Assembly (NCBI RefSeq): GCF_009914755.1
Contig: NC_060935.1
Reading direction: 5' to 3' (one strand)
Source of the DNA: the human T2T-CHM13v2.0 reference genome, Homo sapiens
Length of the DNA stretch: 64,000 nt
Shown here piece by piece: positions 28,401-43,662 of this stretch. Both the position numbers and the translations under genes were made by a program. Under the pieces are notes generated by a model that saw only the letters and a list, made by a program, of their open reading frames with translations, ran no database searches and was not told where the DNA came from. Within the stretch, counting starts at the first letter, position 1. Each line of letters begins with the position of its first letter.

Positions 28401-28544
28401 AAGAGGAAGTGTCCGGACCATGGGCTTGATTTGAGTACCTATTGCCAGGAAGATAGGCAGCTCATCTGTGTCCTGTGTCCAGTCATTGGGGCTCACCAGG
28501 GCCACCAACTCTCCACCCTAGACGAAGCCTTTGAAGAATTAAGA
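27876..28544 (+). CDS. TRIM44: TRIM44 coding exon 1 (aa 1-223): N-terminal Cys/His zinc-binding (ZnF-UBP-like) region, Glu-rich acidic tract, B-box type 2
   Basis: ATG at 27876 (cccacATGg) translates MASGVGAAFEELPHDGTCDEC...CPDHGLDLSTYCQEDRQLICVLCPVIGAHQGHQLSTLDEAFEELR, which I recognise as human TRIM44. It is 669 nt and ends at a canonical donor AGA|GTAAGT (GT at 28545), phase 0. Confidence 0.97.
28161..28232 (+). repeat. Coding 18-bp tandem repeat (4 units) encoding (EEESES)-like acidic repeat
   Basis: ggggaagagagtgagtcg / gaggaagagagcgagtca / gaggaagagagcgagaca / gaggaagagagtgaggat. Confidence 0.9.
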
Positions 28545-30349
28545 GTAAGTATTGGGCCTTCAGAGCATAAACCTAGGGGTCAGGACACCTGGGTTTCAAC
28601 TCAGGTGGCCTGGCTGTGACCACATTCGCTTTCACTGTGTCCCTAAGAAGCTAGTCTTTCCAACTTTTTGGGAGCAGTTCTTATTCACCGTTTTTGGTTG
28701 AACTCTTTTGAGAATCTGATGAAAGTTCTGGACTCTGACCTGAGAAAATACACACAAAATCTAGTATACAATTTCTAGAAAATTGCAAGTTTCTGGTCTG
28801 TGGATCCCAGGTAAAGCATTTCTTGGGAGTTTTGACCCCACTTAGGCCAATTTCCACAGCATCACTATTGTTGAAACTGGTGCTTTGTGCTAGGGCTCTT
28901 GATAAGGCAATCTTTTTGCCTACTTGAAAACATGGGAAATAGGATTTTGCCACATGAATCCAAGCAAGTGATACGTCTGCATTGAAAAGACTAACAAAAT
29001 AGTTTTAATAGTAACTTCATATGTGCCCCGAGTTCATTTTAGATTCTTCGTGTTTGAAACTTAGTAGAAAAGGAGGGTAAGAAGATGGAGGCCAAATTGG
29101 GGTGGGAGTGGAAGTTCCCATGTCCTCTGTCTGGATCTTTGTCTGTCGTGGACCTTACTGGTCCCCCAGAACAGTGGACACTTCGGAAATATTTGTTGAA
29201 TGAATGAATTTGCAGACGATGCACCTTTTATTCATATTGTGGATGTTTACTATCATTGAGAGAAACTGCTGGTGTTAATCGGGGAGGGAGGGGGAAATTT
29301 TGAGTGGAGTGATCAGTTCATTAAGTAATCTGTATTAGTGAACATTGTCATATTATGATGACTTTTGCTTCCCTGAATAGGGAATAGCTGGCATTGGGAT
29401 AACAAATACCTTGAGAGTGAAGATCCTCTGTATTAGGTTTTCCCTTTTTTAGTGCCTATTTATAATTGTAAAATGCACATTCAGAAAGTGTGTAAAAACT
29501 TACAGTCTAACAAATAATTATAAAACAAGTACTGAGGTAGTCTCCATCCAGATTAAGAAATAGAACATTACTAGCAATATTGAAGCCTTTTCCCCATACC
29601 TTTTCCAATTATAACCATCTCTCTTCTGCATAAGTAAGCATAATCTTGACTTCTGTGATCATTTCCTTGCTTACCTTTATGCTTTTACTCCATGTGTATG
29701 CATTCCTAAACTTATTTGAACTTGACACTATGGGTGTCATATTTTTATCATGCATTCTTCTGGGTTTTGCTTCATTTTCTCAACATTGTGTTTGTGAGAG
29801 TCATCCTATGAGTGACTGTAGTTTATTCACTTTCATTACTATTTCGAATTCCATTTTATGAATATGCCACAAGTTATCTATTCTGTCATAGATGGTCATT
29901 TGATTTGTTCCCAGGTTTGGGAGCGTCGGGCTGTTACAAACAATGTCAGTGTAAATATTCTTGGTCATGTCTCGGTGTACATTTAACATACATTTAAGTG
30001 GAATATAAACGCAGGAGTGAAATTGCTGTGTCAGAGGCTATGCATATCTTCAGTAATACTACATGTTGCCAACTATTTTCCAGAGTGGTTGTACCAGTTT
30101 GAATCACTATGAAGAGTATATGAGAGTTCCTGTTGCTCTGTATCTTCAAAACTTGCTATTACTGTATTTTTCATTTTTGTCAATCTTGTGGCTATGTAAT
30201 GGTATTTTATTGTGGTTTTAATTTTCATTCCTCTGATTACTAATGACTTTGAGGATCTTTTATACTTCCTCTGTGAAGTACCTAGTCAGTTCTTTTGCCC
30301 ATTTTTCTATTGAGTTGTCTTTTCTCATTATATGAGTTTTTATATATCT

Positions 30350-30650
<301 letters not shown>

Positions 30651-31379
30651 TATATATTTGTTTCTGATTTTTTTTGTTGTTCTTTCTATGTGGGTTGCAA
30701 ATATCTTCTATGTGGTTTTTCTTTTTAAAGAAGTTGTGCCTTGAATAGAAGCTCTTCATTTTAATGTGGTAAAACTTATCAATACTTTTCCTTATGGTTA
30801 GTGCTTTTTGTGTCTTGTTCTACTTAGTATTGATTTTTGTGTAGTAGAAGTAGGGGCGCAATTTCATTTTTTCTCCATACAGATGGCCAATTGCTATTGC
30901 TGTATTTATTGAAAAGCCCTTCCTTTGTGCACTGATTTGCTGTCCCACTGTCATATATCAAGTGCCCATAATATGTGTGAATGTGTTTCTTGGTTCTTCT
31001 GTTCTCTACTGTTTATCTGTTAGTATATCCCTGTGTGAACAGCATGTTTTCTCAGTTATCCCTTTATAATATGTCTTAATATCTGGTAAAGCAGGTCCTT
31101 CCATCTTGTCCTACAAGAGTGTGTTGGCCAGTTTTGGCACTTTACATTTCTTAGAATCATAGTATTAAAAAGCCTGCAGGAGTGTATTTGGATATTAAAT
31201 TTATAAGCCAATATAGGGAGAATTAATATCATTACAACATGAAGTCTTCTGATTCATTAATTTAGGTCTTTTTTATTGCTTCGCAGTTAAGTTTTATATT
31301 TTTTTCCTCAAAGATTTTTCACATCATTGTAAAATTTATTCCTAGATACTTCATAATTTTATAATATTGTAGAAAATAT

Positions 31380-31537
31380 GAGCCAGGCACAGTGGCTCAC
31401 ACCTGTCAGCTATATGGAAGGCTGAGGTGGGAGGATTGCTTCAGTCTAGGAGTTTGAGGCTGCAGTGAGTTATGATCCTGCCATTTCCCTCCAGCCTGGT
31501 CGACACGGCAAGACCCTATCTCTAAAATAAAAATAAA
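31380..31537 (+). mobile_element. Alu monomer (FRAM/right-arm-like)
   Basis: Single monomer with A tail. Confidence 0.75.
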
Positions 31538-32139
31538 TGGTTTTAAGTTTTGTTTTCTAATTGAATATAGGAATATGATTAACTTTTATATATTGTTTTT
31601 TTGTGATCTATCTGCTGAATTATCTTACATATCCTAATAATTTATCTGTAGATTTATTCTACATACCTGATTGTATTATGTGTGAAGAGAGATACTTTTT
31701 GTTTGTTTCTTTTCAATCCTTATATCTGTTATTTGTTTTTTCTTGCCTTACTGCATTGGATAGCACCCCGAGTATTATGTTGAATGGATGTGGTTGGTGG
31801 GTATTCTGGCCTTGTTCCTAGTCTAGCAGTAATTGATAACATTGCACAAATAAGTGATATGTTCTATGGTTTTTGAAAATAGATATGTTTTATCAGTTTA
31901 AAAAAATTCTAGTCCTGGTTTGCTAAGTTTTTCTGAATTTTGATTGGTTATTTAATATCAAATGCTTTTTTTGCATCTTTTGGGATGATCATGTGATTTT
32001 CTCTTTCACTTTTATGATGATGAATTACATTAATTGATTTACTTATTAAAGTTAATTTTTAAAATCAGTGATACATTCATATACCTCAAAAGCCTGTGTC
32101 CTTTTCACCTGATTCTTCTACCAGCTGTTGGTAACTACT

Positions 32140-32428
32140 TGTTTTTTCTTAGAAACAGGATCTTACTCTGTTGATCAGGCTGGAATGCAGTGGTGGGAGC
32201 ATAGCTCACTGTAATCTCAAATTCCTGGGCTTAAGCAATCCTCCCACCTGAGCATCCTGAGTTGCTAGGACTACAGGTGTGCCACCATGCCTGGCTAACT
32301 ATTTATTTTTTATTTTGTAGAGATGGGTGTCTTGCTATGTTGCCCAAGTTGGTCTTGAACTCCTAGCCTCAAGCAGTCCTCCCGCCTCAACCTCCTACAG
32401 CTGTGGGATTACAGGCTGTTCCTGGCCA
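32140..32428 (-). mobile_element. AluJ
   Basis: Diverged antisense dimer. Confidence 0.85.
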
Positions 32429-32964
32429 ATAACCATTTTTATTAGTTTTTTGGTTACCCTTCAGGTGTGTGTTTCTGCAAATATAGGTGTGTGCATATAT
32501 ATGGTCTTACTTTCATCTCTTCGTATTGTTGTATTTTATAATTAAAGCAGAAAGACTAGCATTTCTGGGATATCCTTGATCCAACTTGGTCATAATGAAG
32601 TAGCCTTATGTTTTTGGATTTGGCTTATTAATAATTTATGTAGTTTTTTTTCATTTATATTTATGGGAGAAATTGGCCTATCATTGTTCTTTTACTGTTC
32701 TTATGGGATTTTGCTATCAAAGTTTGGCTTCATAGTCTGAGGCAGAGTGTAGTGTTTCTTATATATTCTTTCTCTCTTTTAATGGTCTGGAAGTATTTGT
32801 GAAAGATTGAAATATTTCTTCCTATATTGATTGGTAGAACTGACCATGGAAGCCATCTATTCCTGGAGAGAGTGAAGGGGGAAGGGAGAGTTGGTTTATT
32901 GTTGGTGCTTTCTTTTGTTTTGTTTTTTGGTTTTACATTTTTTAACTGATCACCAACATTTTAT

Positions 32965-33511
32965 TATTTTTAGTTTCAAACTTTTAAGTTCTGGGGTACA
33001 TGTGCAGGATGTGCAGGTTTGTTACATAGGTAAACATGTGCCATGCTGGTTTGCTGCACAGATCATCCCATCACTTAGGTATTAAGCCCAGCATCCATTA
33101 GCTATTCTTTCTGATGCTCTCCTTCCTCCCACCCCCTATCCACTGACAGGCTCCAGTGTATGTTGTTCCCCACAATGTGTTCATATGTTCTATCATTCAG
33201 CTCCCACTTGTAAGTGAGAAGATGCAGCATTTGGTTTTCTGTTCCTGCATTAGTTTGCTGAGGATAATGGCTTCTGGCTCCATCCATGTCCCTGCAAAGG
33301 ACATGATCGGATTCCTTTTTATGGCTGCATAGTATTCCATGGTATATGTACCACATTTTCTTTATCCAGTCTATCACTGATGGGCATTTAAATTGATTCA
33401 GTGTCTTAGCTATTGTGAATAGCACTGCAGTGAACATACACGTGCGTGTATCTGTGTAATAAAATAATCTATTTTCCTTTGGGTGTATACCCAGTAATGG
33501 GATTGCTAGGT
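32965..33511 (-). mobile_element. L1PA (older, ~PA13-16-like) 3' end
   Basis: ggggtacatgtgcaggatgtgcaggtttgttacataggtaaac; ORF 33102-33437 gives an ORF2 C-terminal-like peptide (LFTIAKT..IKKMWYIY). Confidence 0.88.
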
Positions 33512-34180
33512 ATTATTGTTTTACATAGTATTTTTGACTATGGACTCAATTTCTTTAATAGTCATAGGTCTGTCTAGGTTGTCTATTTTTTCTTAGGTCA
33601 GTTTTGATAAGTTACATTTTCTCAGACGTTTGTCCATTTTATGTAAATTTTCAAATGTGCTAGTATAAATTTGTGAATCATAATTCTTTTTTTTTCATTC
33701 TGTAGCTGTCTTAGCTATTCCTTTAAGAACTGTAGGCATATTGATTGATAATCTGCCTCTGATAATTCTAGTATGTGAAGACTTTGTGGACCTCTTTTTG
33801 CTGCTGTTTTTAGTTTTTCATGTTTCATGTTTTTATTTCTTTTTGTGCTGGGTTCTGTGTAGCTGTGTAGCTTCTCATTGCCTTTTAAAAACTGCTTATG
33901 GGACTTTTCCAAATCTTGCATGAAGCTGCATACTTCAAGAGAGGATTCGAGTTTGATTCTGCTAAGGCCTGAGAGTACAACTTGTTTAGAATCCCCTTCT
34001 ACTAAATTAATTTCTTGAGGTTTCTTGGACCAAACTTTCAGGAGGACCTTGCCCACATCTTAGAGATTTTCTTTCATTTTTTCCCCCTCTCTGTTTTGTT
34101 AACCTCTCTACCTTCCCCTTTGGATGTTTGGATAGTAACAAGTTTAGTTTGCTTTTACTCTGAGATTTTTAGCAGGGTGA

Positions 34181-34917
<737 letters not shown>

Positions 34918-37900
34918 TAGGCTTTGCTTTCTGTTATCCCATGCTTCCCTCACACCTCACTTTCTACTAACCAAATGCACAGCCTAGTTTCTTGGGCTCA
35001 GTATATGTTCTCAGATCAAGAACTGCTTCGTGTACTCTGCTTATCCTAATGTTAGAACATTACTAACTGAACTATAGACTTTACTGAATGTCACTAGTTT
35101 TTCCTCTTGATGACTTCTGTACCACGATTCTATCCAGGACTTCACATTACATTTCCTTGTTTTGGATGATCTTGATAGTATTAAGTAGTGCTAGTCAGGT
35201 ATTTTGTAGAATGTTCCTTGATTTGGATTTGTCTGGTGTTTTTTCTTATGGTGAAACTGGAGTTACAAGGTTTTGGGAGAATATAATATTCTTCTACGCT
35301 TTGTTTTTTACACTTAGTACGTCTTGGAAATCACTCCATAGATTTGCTTCATTCTTCATGTATAGCAGCTGGAAATACTCCATTGAGTGTCATTCAATTC
35401 TTAATTTAAGATACCGTGTTTTTCAACTCTAGAATGTCAATTTGGTTATTTATTTAGAGATCTATTTCTCTGGATCTTTTTGGGAATCATCCTTGATTGT
35501 ATGTTACATTTTTCTGATTCTTGTCATGTCTCACAGTTTTTCATTTAATGCCAGATGTTGTGTTTGAAGGAATTGTAAAGACTGGAGTAATATTTTCTTT
35601 ATTCTCCTCAGAAAGAGCATGACATTTGCTCTTTTAGGTAGCTAGGGTGAGAAGCTGCTCATTTTGATTCGATAAAGATATGAGCTTGATGGCAGCTCTA
35701 GTTTCAGTTCTCTGGTTTTAAATGTTTCGAGTGCAATGTACATTTACTTATTGGCAAGAGAATATCTTGGAACAGTAAAAGTGGCTTAGTGGGATGATGG
35801 GCAAAAGAAGAGGATCGTTGTTATACTGCATTCATTCATTCAGCAAGTATTGAGAATCAACTGAGTTTAGGTACTTTCTAAGTATTGGGAATATAGCAGT
35901 GAACAAAATGAAAGTCTGTACTTCTGTCAGAGCTTACATTCTGTTGGAAGGAAGTAGAAAAGAACAAATAAGCAAACGTGTAATAAGTATTATAAATGAA
36001 AAGTAAAACATAATACAGGATTAGAGAGGGACAGGAAATATCCTTGCTCTACCATTTTTTGACCTTAGGCAAGTTATGTTATAGTTTGTTCTTGTTTCTG
36101 CATTTCTAAAATGGGCATAATGATAAGAAATAAAATAGAACTTTTGTGAGAATGAAATGACTTTGTGGGTGATTAAGAGACTTTAACAATGCTTAACACA
36201 TTGTTAGTGCTCACTAAATGTTAGCTCTTCTTTTTATTATTAATATAAGGAGGCTAATTATACAAGTTTAGAATTGAGAGGAATTTGTACAATTTATGTT
36301 TTGATACCTCAGTGTTTAACCAGGCTGTCAGTGGCTGATATTGGCAATAGAAGGCCAAGTTCTTGCCAAAGTCTGCTGACATTTAGAGAAAAAGCAAACT
36401 TCAGAGTAGGCCAGAATGAGCAGAAAAACAGGGTGATCCTACAGCAAGAGGGGATTAGGGATGGAGACAACCTGCTAGGCCAAATGGACTGAGTGAACAT
36501 CTTGAAGGCGTAAGATCAGCATTTAGTCACTTGAAGTACTGTTCTTTCTTTTCTCCTGGACATTGCTGTATTGCAGTTTTGGTCTGTGGCATTTGGTCTC
36601 CAGAAGATTTTGTGGGTCGAAGTTTGAACTGAGCCTAGTCTTTAGCTTTATCATAGAAAAATAGTTATGCAGCCCAATTTATGACTTCTTACCTGAGTCA
36701 TGACTTGTCATCTCAGATATGTGGGATTCTCTTACTCTGACCATAATTTCTATCTACGAAAATGGGTCACTGGATCTGACAAAAGAGCTTGATCTGGCTT
36801 ATGGATTTATTCATATGAAAATTCTTACATTGTCAAGGGAATTTGCATTCAGAGATACATTTAATGAATTTTTATGTTGAACAATAAAAGTGCTTTAGAT
36901 ATACTCAGTAGTCTAGTAATTTTTAAAATTATTTTGAACACAACCTACAGTAGAGGAAATATATTTTATACTGTGATCTCCTTTATACACACAGCCACCC
37001 ACTACACATACCCTTTTAACTCAAATGGAACACCATTTGCCTTACTACATACGATATGTTCTGTTTCTCTTCTATTCTGTTAAAAAAAATTCTAGACACT
37101 CCCACTAAACTGATTTCATGGCACACTAATGTGTCATGTCCTGTGGTTTGAAAACCACTCGTCTAGTGTACCCCAAGATCACCTGAAGAAAAGGTAGAGT
37201 CTTACAAAGTGGCAAAGGGAGAAGTGGTTGGCAGAATTCAGTAAATATATAGCATTTGTGGAGTTCTTAACATGGCTTTTCTAAAGACAGATCAAAAGGG
37301 TTTTAAGCCACACCCTTTGCTTTTAAGATGGATATTTGGGGAGAATGTTTGGTTAAGTGATAAGCGGAACAACTGCTTGGGGAGTGACTGAGGAACATTG
37401 GTGTCTGGGTGAATGGGAGGATATAGCTGTGATTCTCGAGGGGCTGGAGGTATGCCGTAGTATATTCCATAGTGGTCAGTGAATCTGGCTTTTCATTCAG
37501 CCCATAGAAGAAGCTCTGACAGGGAGACAGAAGGTTGAAGGCTTGCTGTAATGTATCTATTTATATTTTTTACTTTTTATTCTTGCTGAAGAGATATAGG
37601 TCACCTTCTAATTAGAGTTTGTAGCACTGGCATACATAGTGGTTCAACCAGTGTCTTATTTATTTGTACAGAATAAGACAAACGCTAAGACCAAGGTAAA
37701 GGGGATGGCATGCTGTCATTAGTTGGAGCCACCCTGCATAGTTCTGTAGAAAGTTTATGTGAGGCCTGCAGTTCTGGGATTTCCAATCAAAATGTACTTT
37801 CTTAACCTGTAAAAAGTCTTGGAAGTATGCAGTGAACTAGACAGATAGGGCTCTAGCTTTTTGGAATTCACTCTCTACAGTGGGAAAGAAATAGTAGAGT

Positions 37901-40220
37901 AATTTTGGATGGTGTTATATGCAATGAAAACAATAAATCATGGTAATGTAAGAATGAGTTGGTGTGGCAGGATAGGTTACTTTTTGATAAGATGTGTTAT
38001 AGAAGGCATCTCTGAGCATATGATATTGGGCAGAGACCTGAATTATGACATCCTGTGAAGATCTAGGGAAATTTTCCTATTGTGTTACCATTCGATGCTA
38101 CTGTATAGAGTCCAGTGATTTTATTCATGGCAGAGACAATTGGTTTGGTGTAAATGAACAACTCCTTATAGAAGGGTTAGTTGGCTCTGTAAATGAGAGA
38201 ATGGCATTGTTCTAGCAATTGAATGTGTTGTTAGCATAGATGAAAATACTGCTCTATGGAGGGAATATGAGATTATTTTACATTAGTTAGATTTTTCAGG
38301 GGATTTAACATTGATGGTGATGGAGCTTCATTAAAGAACTAGAGTGCTTAGCCAGTGGTCTGAACAATCCACTTTTGAGAGAAAAGGTCCAGGCTTTCTC
38401 TATTCTCTCTCCTAGAAGTCTGGTGCCCTCTTTTTCTCTTTCCTGGCCTTTCAATCAAAATAGGATGAGTTCATAGGCATTTTATGCTGTTAGGCAATTG
38501 ATTTTTTGGGTAAGGTTGCTGATGCAGTAGGCTTATTCTTAGGCTCCTCTGGTGATAAAGGACTCTTGAGCCTCTGTCACCATTGTCTTGACCACCACTC
38601 TTGACAGGGAGGTTGCCCTGCCTGCCTGTTCATTGACATACCCACCTTTTCTCTCCGCTTGCACCTAACCCAAGTCTGAGAAGCCAGAGATTCATCTGTA
38701 TCAGTGCCTCGTATGTGTTCTGCTTGAAGTTATGGTTCAGTCTGAGAGGACCAGCCGAGTTTCCTGTTCTTATTATTGTTTTAATATTCAGAACCAGGGG
38801 CTAAACTTGTTAGGTGGCAGTAAGGAACACAGATGCTCATGGACCTTTCAGAATAGGAGACGTATTATAGACAATGGATGAAACAGAAGCTTTAGTCTTG
38901 ATACGGGGAGTAGAGATGAGAATGGGGTAAGAAATGCAGAAGGCTGGCTCTGGGAGAGTTGAATCTTGTGTGTGTGAGTGGGAGAGAGAGAGAATTTGCG
39001 TGTGTGTGTGTGTGTGTACACATGCGCACATGTGTTTGCGTGTATGTATATATCGCTATGATAGGATCAAGTCAACATTGCATCAGGTGCAAAAAAAATC
39101 AATATTGATGCCCTTTTTAAATGTCAGAAAACTGATCAAGAATGAAAAAACCAAAACCAACCAATCAAACAAAATTTCCCAAATATACCAAAGGCTCAAT
39201 CCACAATTTACGGCAAATAACTCTATGGGCAGTGACTTTGATGTATACTATAATGTGCTAGATTATTTTTGTTGAACATTTATATATTAAACCCACTTCA
39301 GATGGGTTTAGTTAGTTTTTGGTAAGGTAATAATTGGTTTTTAACATCAATAAGAAGATTAGCAAATACATTCATTATAGTATGTCCAAACTATAACATA
39401 TAGCTGGCTTTCATTTTAGAGAATGATATTTTATTTTCTTAAACTAATTTTATTCATCTGAATAATTTTGGAGCACTTATTATGGTGAACTGTGTGGTGG
39501 ATACGAAGAAGAATAAGCAAAGTTTCTAACTTCAGGAAGCTTACAGCCTAATAGGAAAGAGAATCTTTTCACATGCTTATTTGTGTGTATTAGAGAAAAG
39601 GTACAAACAGTATGCTATGGAAGTGGAGAGAAAAGAGAAATTGATATCACTGGAGGGCATGGAGCCAGGAATAGATTCTTAGAGGAAGGAGTCTTTGAGG
39701 TAGGCCTTGAAAGATGGGTAGGGTGTTACTAGGTAGATACAGGCTTTGAGGTATCCTTTTGTTCCCATTATAACAGCCTGTGAACATTTATTGTAGCACT
39801 AAATACTGTGTACTATGTCATGTTATTTCTTTCCATGTCTTTCCCTGGTGGGTTATAAATTCTTTAAGGCTAGAACTATATGTTATTCATCTTTGTATTC
39901 CCAGCACCTAGCACAGTGCCTGCTGGATGGTAGATGAACATGAAGTATGTGATAGGAAGTGTAATAATCTTGTCTAGTTCCAGGGCATTAATGAAGAACT
40001 GAGAGAGTATTGCATAGTTGTTGTAGATCAGTGTTTACATTGGGATTAATTTGACTGCATCTAAAATAATGAAATAATTTGGAAAAATCCAAAATAACCA
40101 CTCCCACATGATGTTTATTTCTCTGTCACATAAAATAACTTTGGGTGTAGGCAGTCTAAGGTTGGCGTGGCAGAACCATGAAGTTACCAGAAATCTAGGC
40201 TCTTTTCAGCTCCATTCTGA

Positions 40221-40585
<365 letters not shown>

Positions 40586-41637
40586 GCACACTGCTCTATT
40601 TTAAAGGGAACTCTCGAGAAGTTATATACATTGCTGCTTATGTTTCATTGGCCAGAACTCAATACCCTGGCCTTATCTAGTTGCAAGGGAGACTGGGAAA
40701 CAGTCATTTCTCCAGGCCACAGCGTGTGCAGCTAAAAGCTGAGGTTCTTTTACTAAGGAAAAATGGGAGAAGAATATTGAAGGACCAAACAGTCTTTGAC
40801 CCAGTTGGCTTTGCAGTCTGTTTTTGAGTCTTAGCTCTTCCACCTACTAGCTGTATAATGTTGAGTAATTCACTCAGCCTCTGAGTCTTGGTTTCTTCTT
40901 CTGTAACATGAGCTAAGTAATTGTTTCTCCTTATTGAGTTATGATGAGGAACAAACAAGATCATAGATGTAAAGAGTTTAGCACAGTGCCTGGAATATCA
41001 TAAGCCCTCAGCAATGGGTTGCTCTTATTCTTATTACTGTTATAAAGCCATCTAAGGTTCTATTCTGAGTTCCTTTCCAGACAAGTTAGTCTGGCAGCAG
41101 TAGAAGCTCTGGACACCAAGTTTCTTGGGTGCAAACTGTTCATCCCCCTCTCCTTCTGTTCCTTCTGCCTGCTCTAATCTGGTGGGTAGATAGGCTGGAG
41201 AAAAACTTGTCTTTGGAGAAGAGGCTTCTGTATATTTCAGTGTCCTGCTGGTGCCTTATGCACTAGCTAACCAAAACACAGCTGGTAGGTCTAATTTTAG
41301 GTTCACAAGTCTTGCTGGTTGTCCTCTTTAGATTCTGTTTTACATTCTGAACTGTGGGAAGTTTTTATAGAAGCAGAGGGGAGGTGGGGACAAGATACTC
41401 TTTACTTTCTGGTTGGAAAATAGCCTTCATTTTCTTTCTAGTAGGCAGTCATGGGGAGAGATGTAAGGTTAAGTTTATATAGGCACCCATACTATTTTCC
41501 TCTGTGAATTTTGAGTGTGTGTGAACCCTGGCAGGCTCTAACCTGTGTTGATTGGTAGACTCTGACTTCATGTGTATAAATAATGAAAATGCTAATCTTT
41601 GGCCGAGGTTATAAAACCAAGAGTCTAGAAACCTTTG

Positions 41638-41742
41638 TCTGTTGTTGAATTTTGAGACTGTTTTTGTCTGTTTTTGAATTTTGAGACTGTTGTTTTGAGA
41701 CTGTTGTTGAATTTTGTCTGTTGCTGAATTTTGTTTGAATTT
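41638..41742 (+). repeat. Degenerate modular microrepeat (TGTTGTTGAATTTTG/AGACTG/TCTG)
   Basis: Visible shuffled short units. Confidence 0.85.
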
Positions 41743-43391
41743 CCAGAGATATGAGAAAAATAACAAATAGCTGTCATTTATTGAGTGGTTTGTGGCCAGG
41801 TCCTTTTCATATATTGTTTCATTTGATCCTTAATAAAATTCCACAATTAGCTATGTTGTTATGTTTTCCATTTTATGTATGAGGAAACTCAAAAGAGGTT
41901 AAGTTTTGCTGACAGTTACTTAGCTAGCAAGCGTAAGGACTGGGATTTGAATCCAGGCCTGACAAAGTACATATTCTTTCCACCATTCCATTTTGCCTCT
42001 ACAAATTTGATTACTCCCTCTCATATTTAATCTAAGTTGTACTGACACATTATCCTTATGTTTATTTTCTATATGAAGGCATTTAATAGATGAATACTTT
42101 CTGAATATCCTAAAACTATTTTCCCCTTCTCTTTGGTCTTCTTTCTATATATTATATATAATTTTAATTAGTAAAATATTTTTTTTATTTTGTTCTATTC
42201 AGCACTTCTCTAGGTCAATACCTGATACTTAGTAGTCACTCAATGTATTGTTATTTAATTAATAATAACAACAGAAATTATAACTAACATTTATTGAGAA
42301 CTTAGCTTGTACTGCTTCTCTAAACTTTCTGCATATTCTTTCATTTAATGTTTACCACAATTCTTTGAGGTATAGTATTTCTTAAGATAATTTTATATAT
42401 TATTCGAAGTTAGTGGCATTTCTTTTCTTTTGGTCTATTTATTCATTCAACAAATATTTATTGAAGGCTTAAAATTTGCCAGGTGGAGTATTTTGGCCAG
42501 TAGGGAACCAACAAGAAGCAACTCTAAGTCATGGAATTTATAATCTTTGAGCAAAACAGACAGTAAGGAAGTTAAATGATAAGTGATATTTTAAATAATG
42601 ATAAGTACTGTGAATAAACAAACTGGGGAAGGAGATAGGGAGTGACTGGGATGTGGGAATGAGAGGGAAGCTTTTTAAGGATCTGAGGACTTTTTGAACT
42701 AGTGACCTGGGTGTAGTTAGAGCCAGTGATGAGAAGCTCTAGGGACATAGTGGTTCAACTGAAGGGAACAGCAAGTGTAAAAGCCCTGAGATAGAACAAG
42801 TTTACTAAGGGGATAAAATGAATGGCTGGAGTATAATCAGTAGTGGTGGGGTAGGGGTTGACTAGTAGATGAGGTCAGATTACCAAGTAGGCTGTGGTAA
42901 GGATTTTGGGTTTTATTCTAAGTAGTCATAGACTGTTTAAGCAAGGGAGTAAATGATCTGGTTTATATTCTTAAAACTTCTCTTTGGTTCCTATGTGGAG
43001 AATGGGCTGTTGGGTAGCAAGAGTGGGAGCGGTATTGCTGCTTGTACCAGGTTGGGAATAGTGGACAATACGATAGTGAAGAATACATGCCAACTGGATA
43101 TGGCATATATTTTAGAGTTCGGCCTAAAAAGACTTGCTGATGGATTTTTTTTCAGACCCAAGAATGACTTTGAGTCTGACAACTAAAAGTGATGGCCTAG
43201 TGTAGGAGTGGGTTTGGAGTTAGAAAATGAAGTAATATAAAGGAGGTGGTAAAAATTTTCGTACATGGGATGGTGATACTAAAATTTAATTTCATTTCCT
43301 TTTGACAAAACTTTGCTTTCTGATTTGATTCCTTAGGAGGACTTCCTCTCCCCTCCCTCTCCCCTCTCCCCGCTCCCTCCCCTCCCCATTC

Positions 43392-43662
43392 TCTTAGACA
43401 GTGTCTCACTCTGTTGCTCAGGATAGATGGCAGTTGATCTCCGCCCACTGCAACCTCCACCTCCTGGGTTCAGGTGATTCTCATGTCTCAGCTACCCAGG
43501 TAGCTGGGAATACAGGCCATGCCCGGCTTATTTTTGTATTTTTAGTAGAGATAGGGTTTCTCCATCTTGGCCAGGCTGGTCTCAAACTCCTGGCCTCAAA
43601 TGATCCACCCACTTTGGCCTCCCAAAGTGCTGGGATTACAGGTATGAGTCACTGCGCCTGAC
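43392..43662 (-). mobile_element. Alu with CT-rich tail
   Basis: Antisense dimer; TSD aggaggacttc. Confidence 0.85.

Noticed and set aside
28037-28508. Antisense Ser-rich and Phe/Leu-rich ORFs
   Set aside because: They are shadows of the GAG/GAA-rich acidic coding strand.
27615-28619. 334-aa single-exon ORF as the full protein
   Set aside because: It starts at a GTG upstream of the real ATG and reads 24 codons past a perfect donor into intron 1. Exon 2 supplies the true continuation, and I saw no nearby poly(A) signal supporting an intronic isoform.
41638-41742. CRISPR-like repeat-spacer array
   Set aside because: No constant repeat with unique spacers; mammalian intron.
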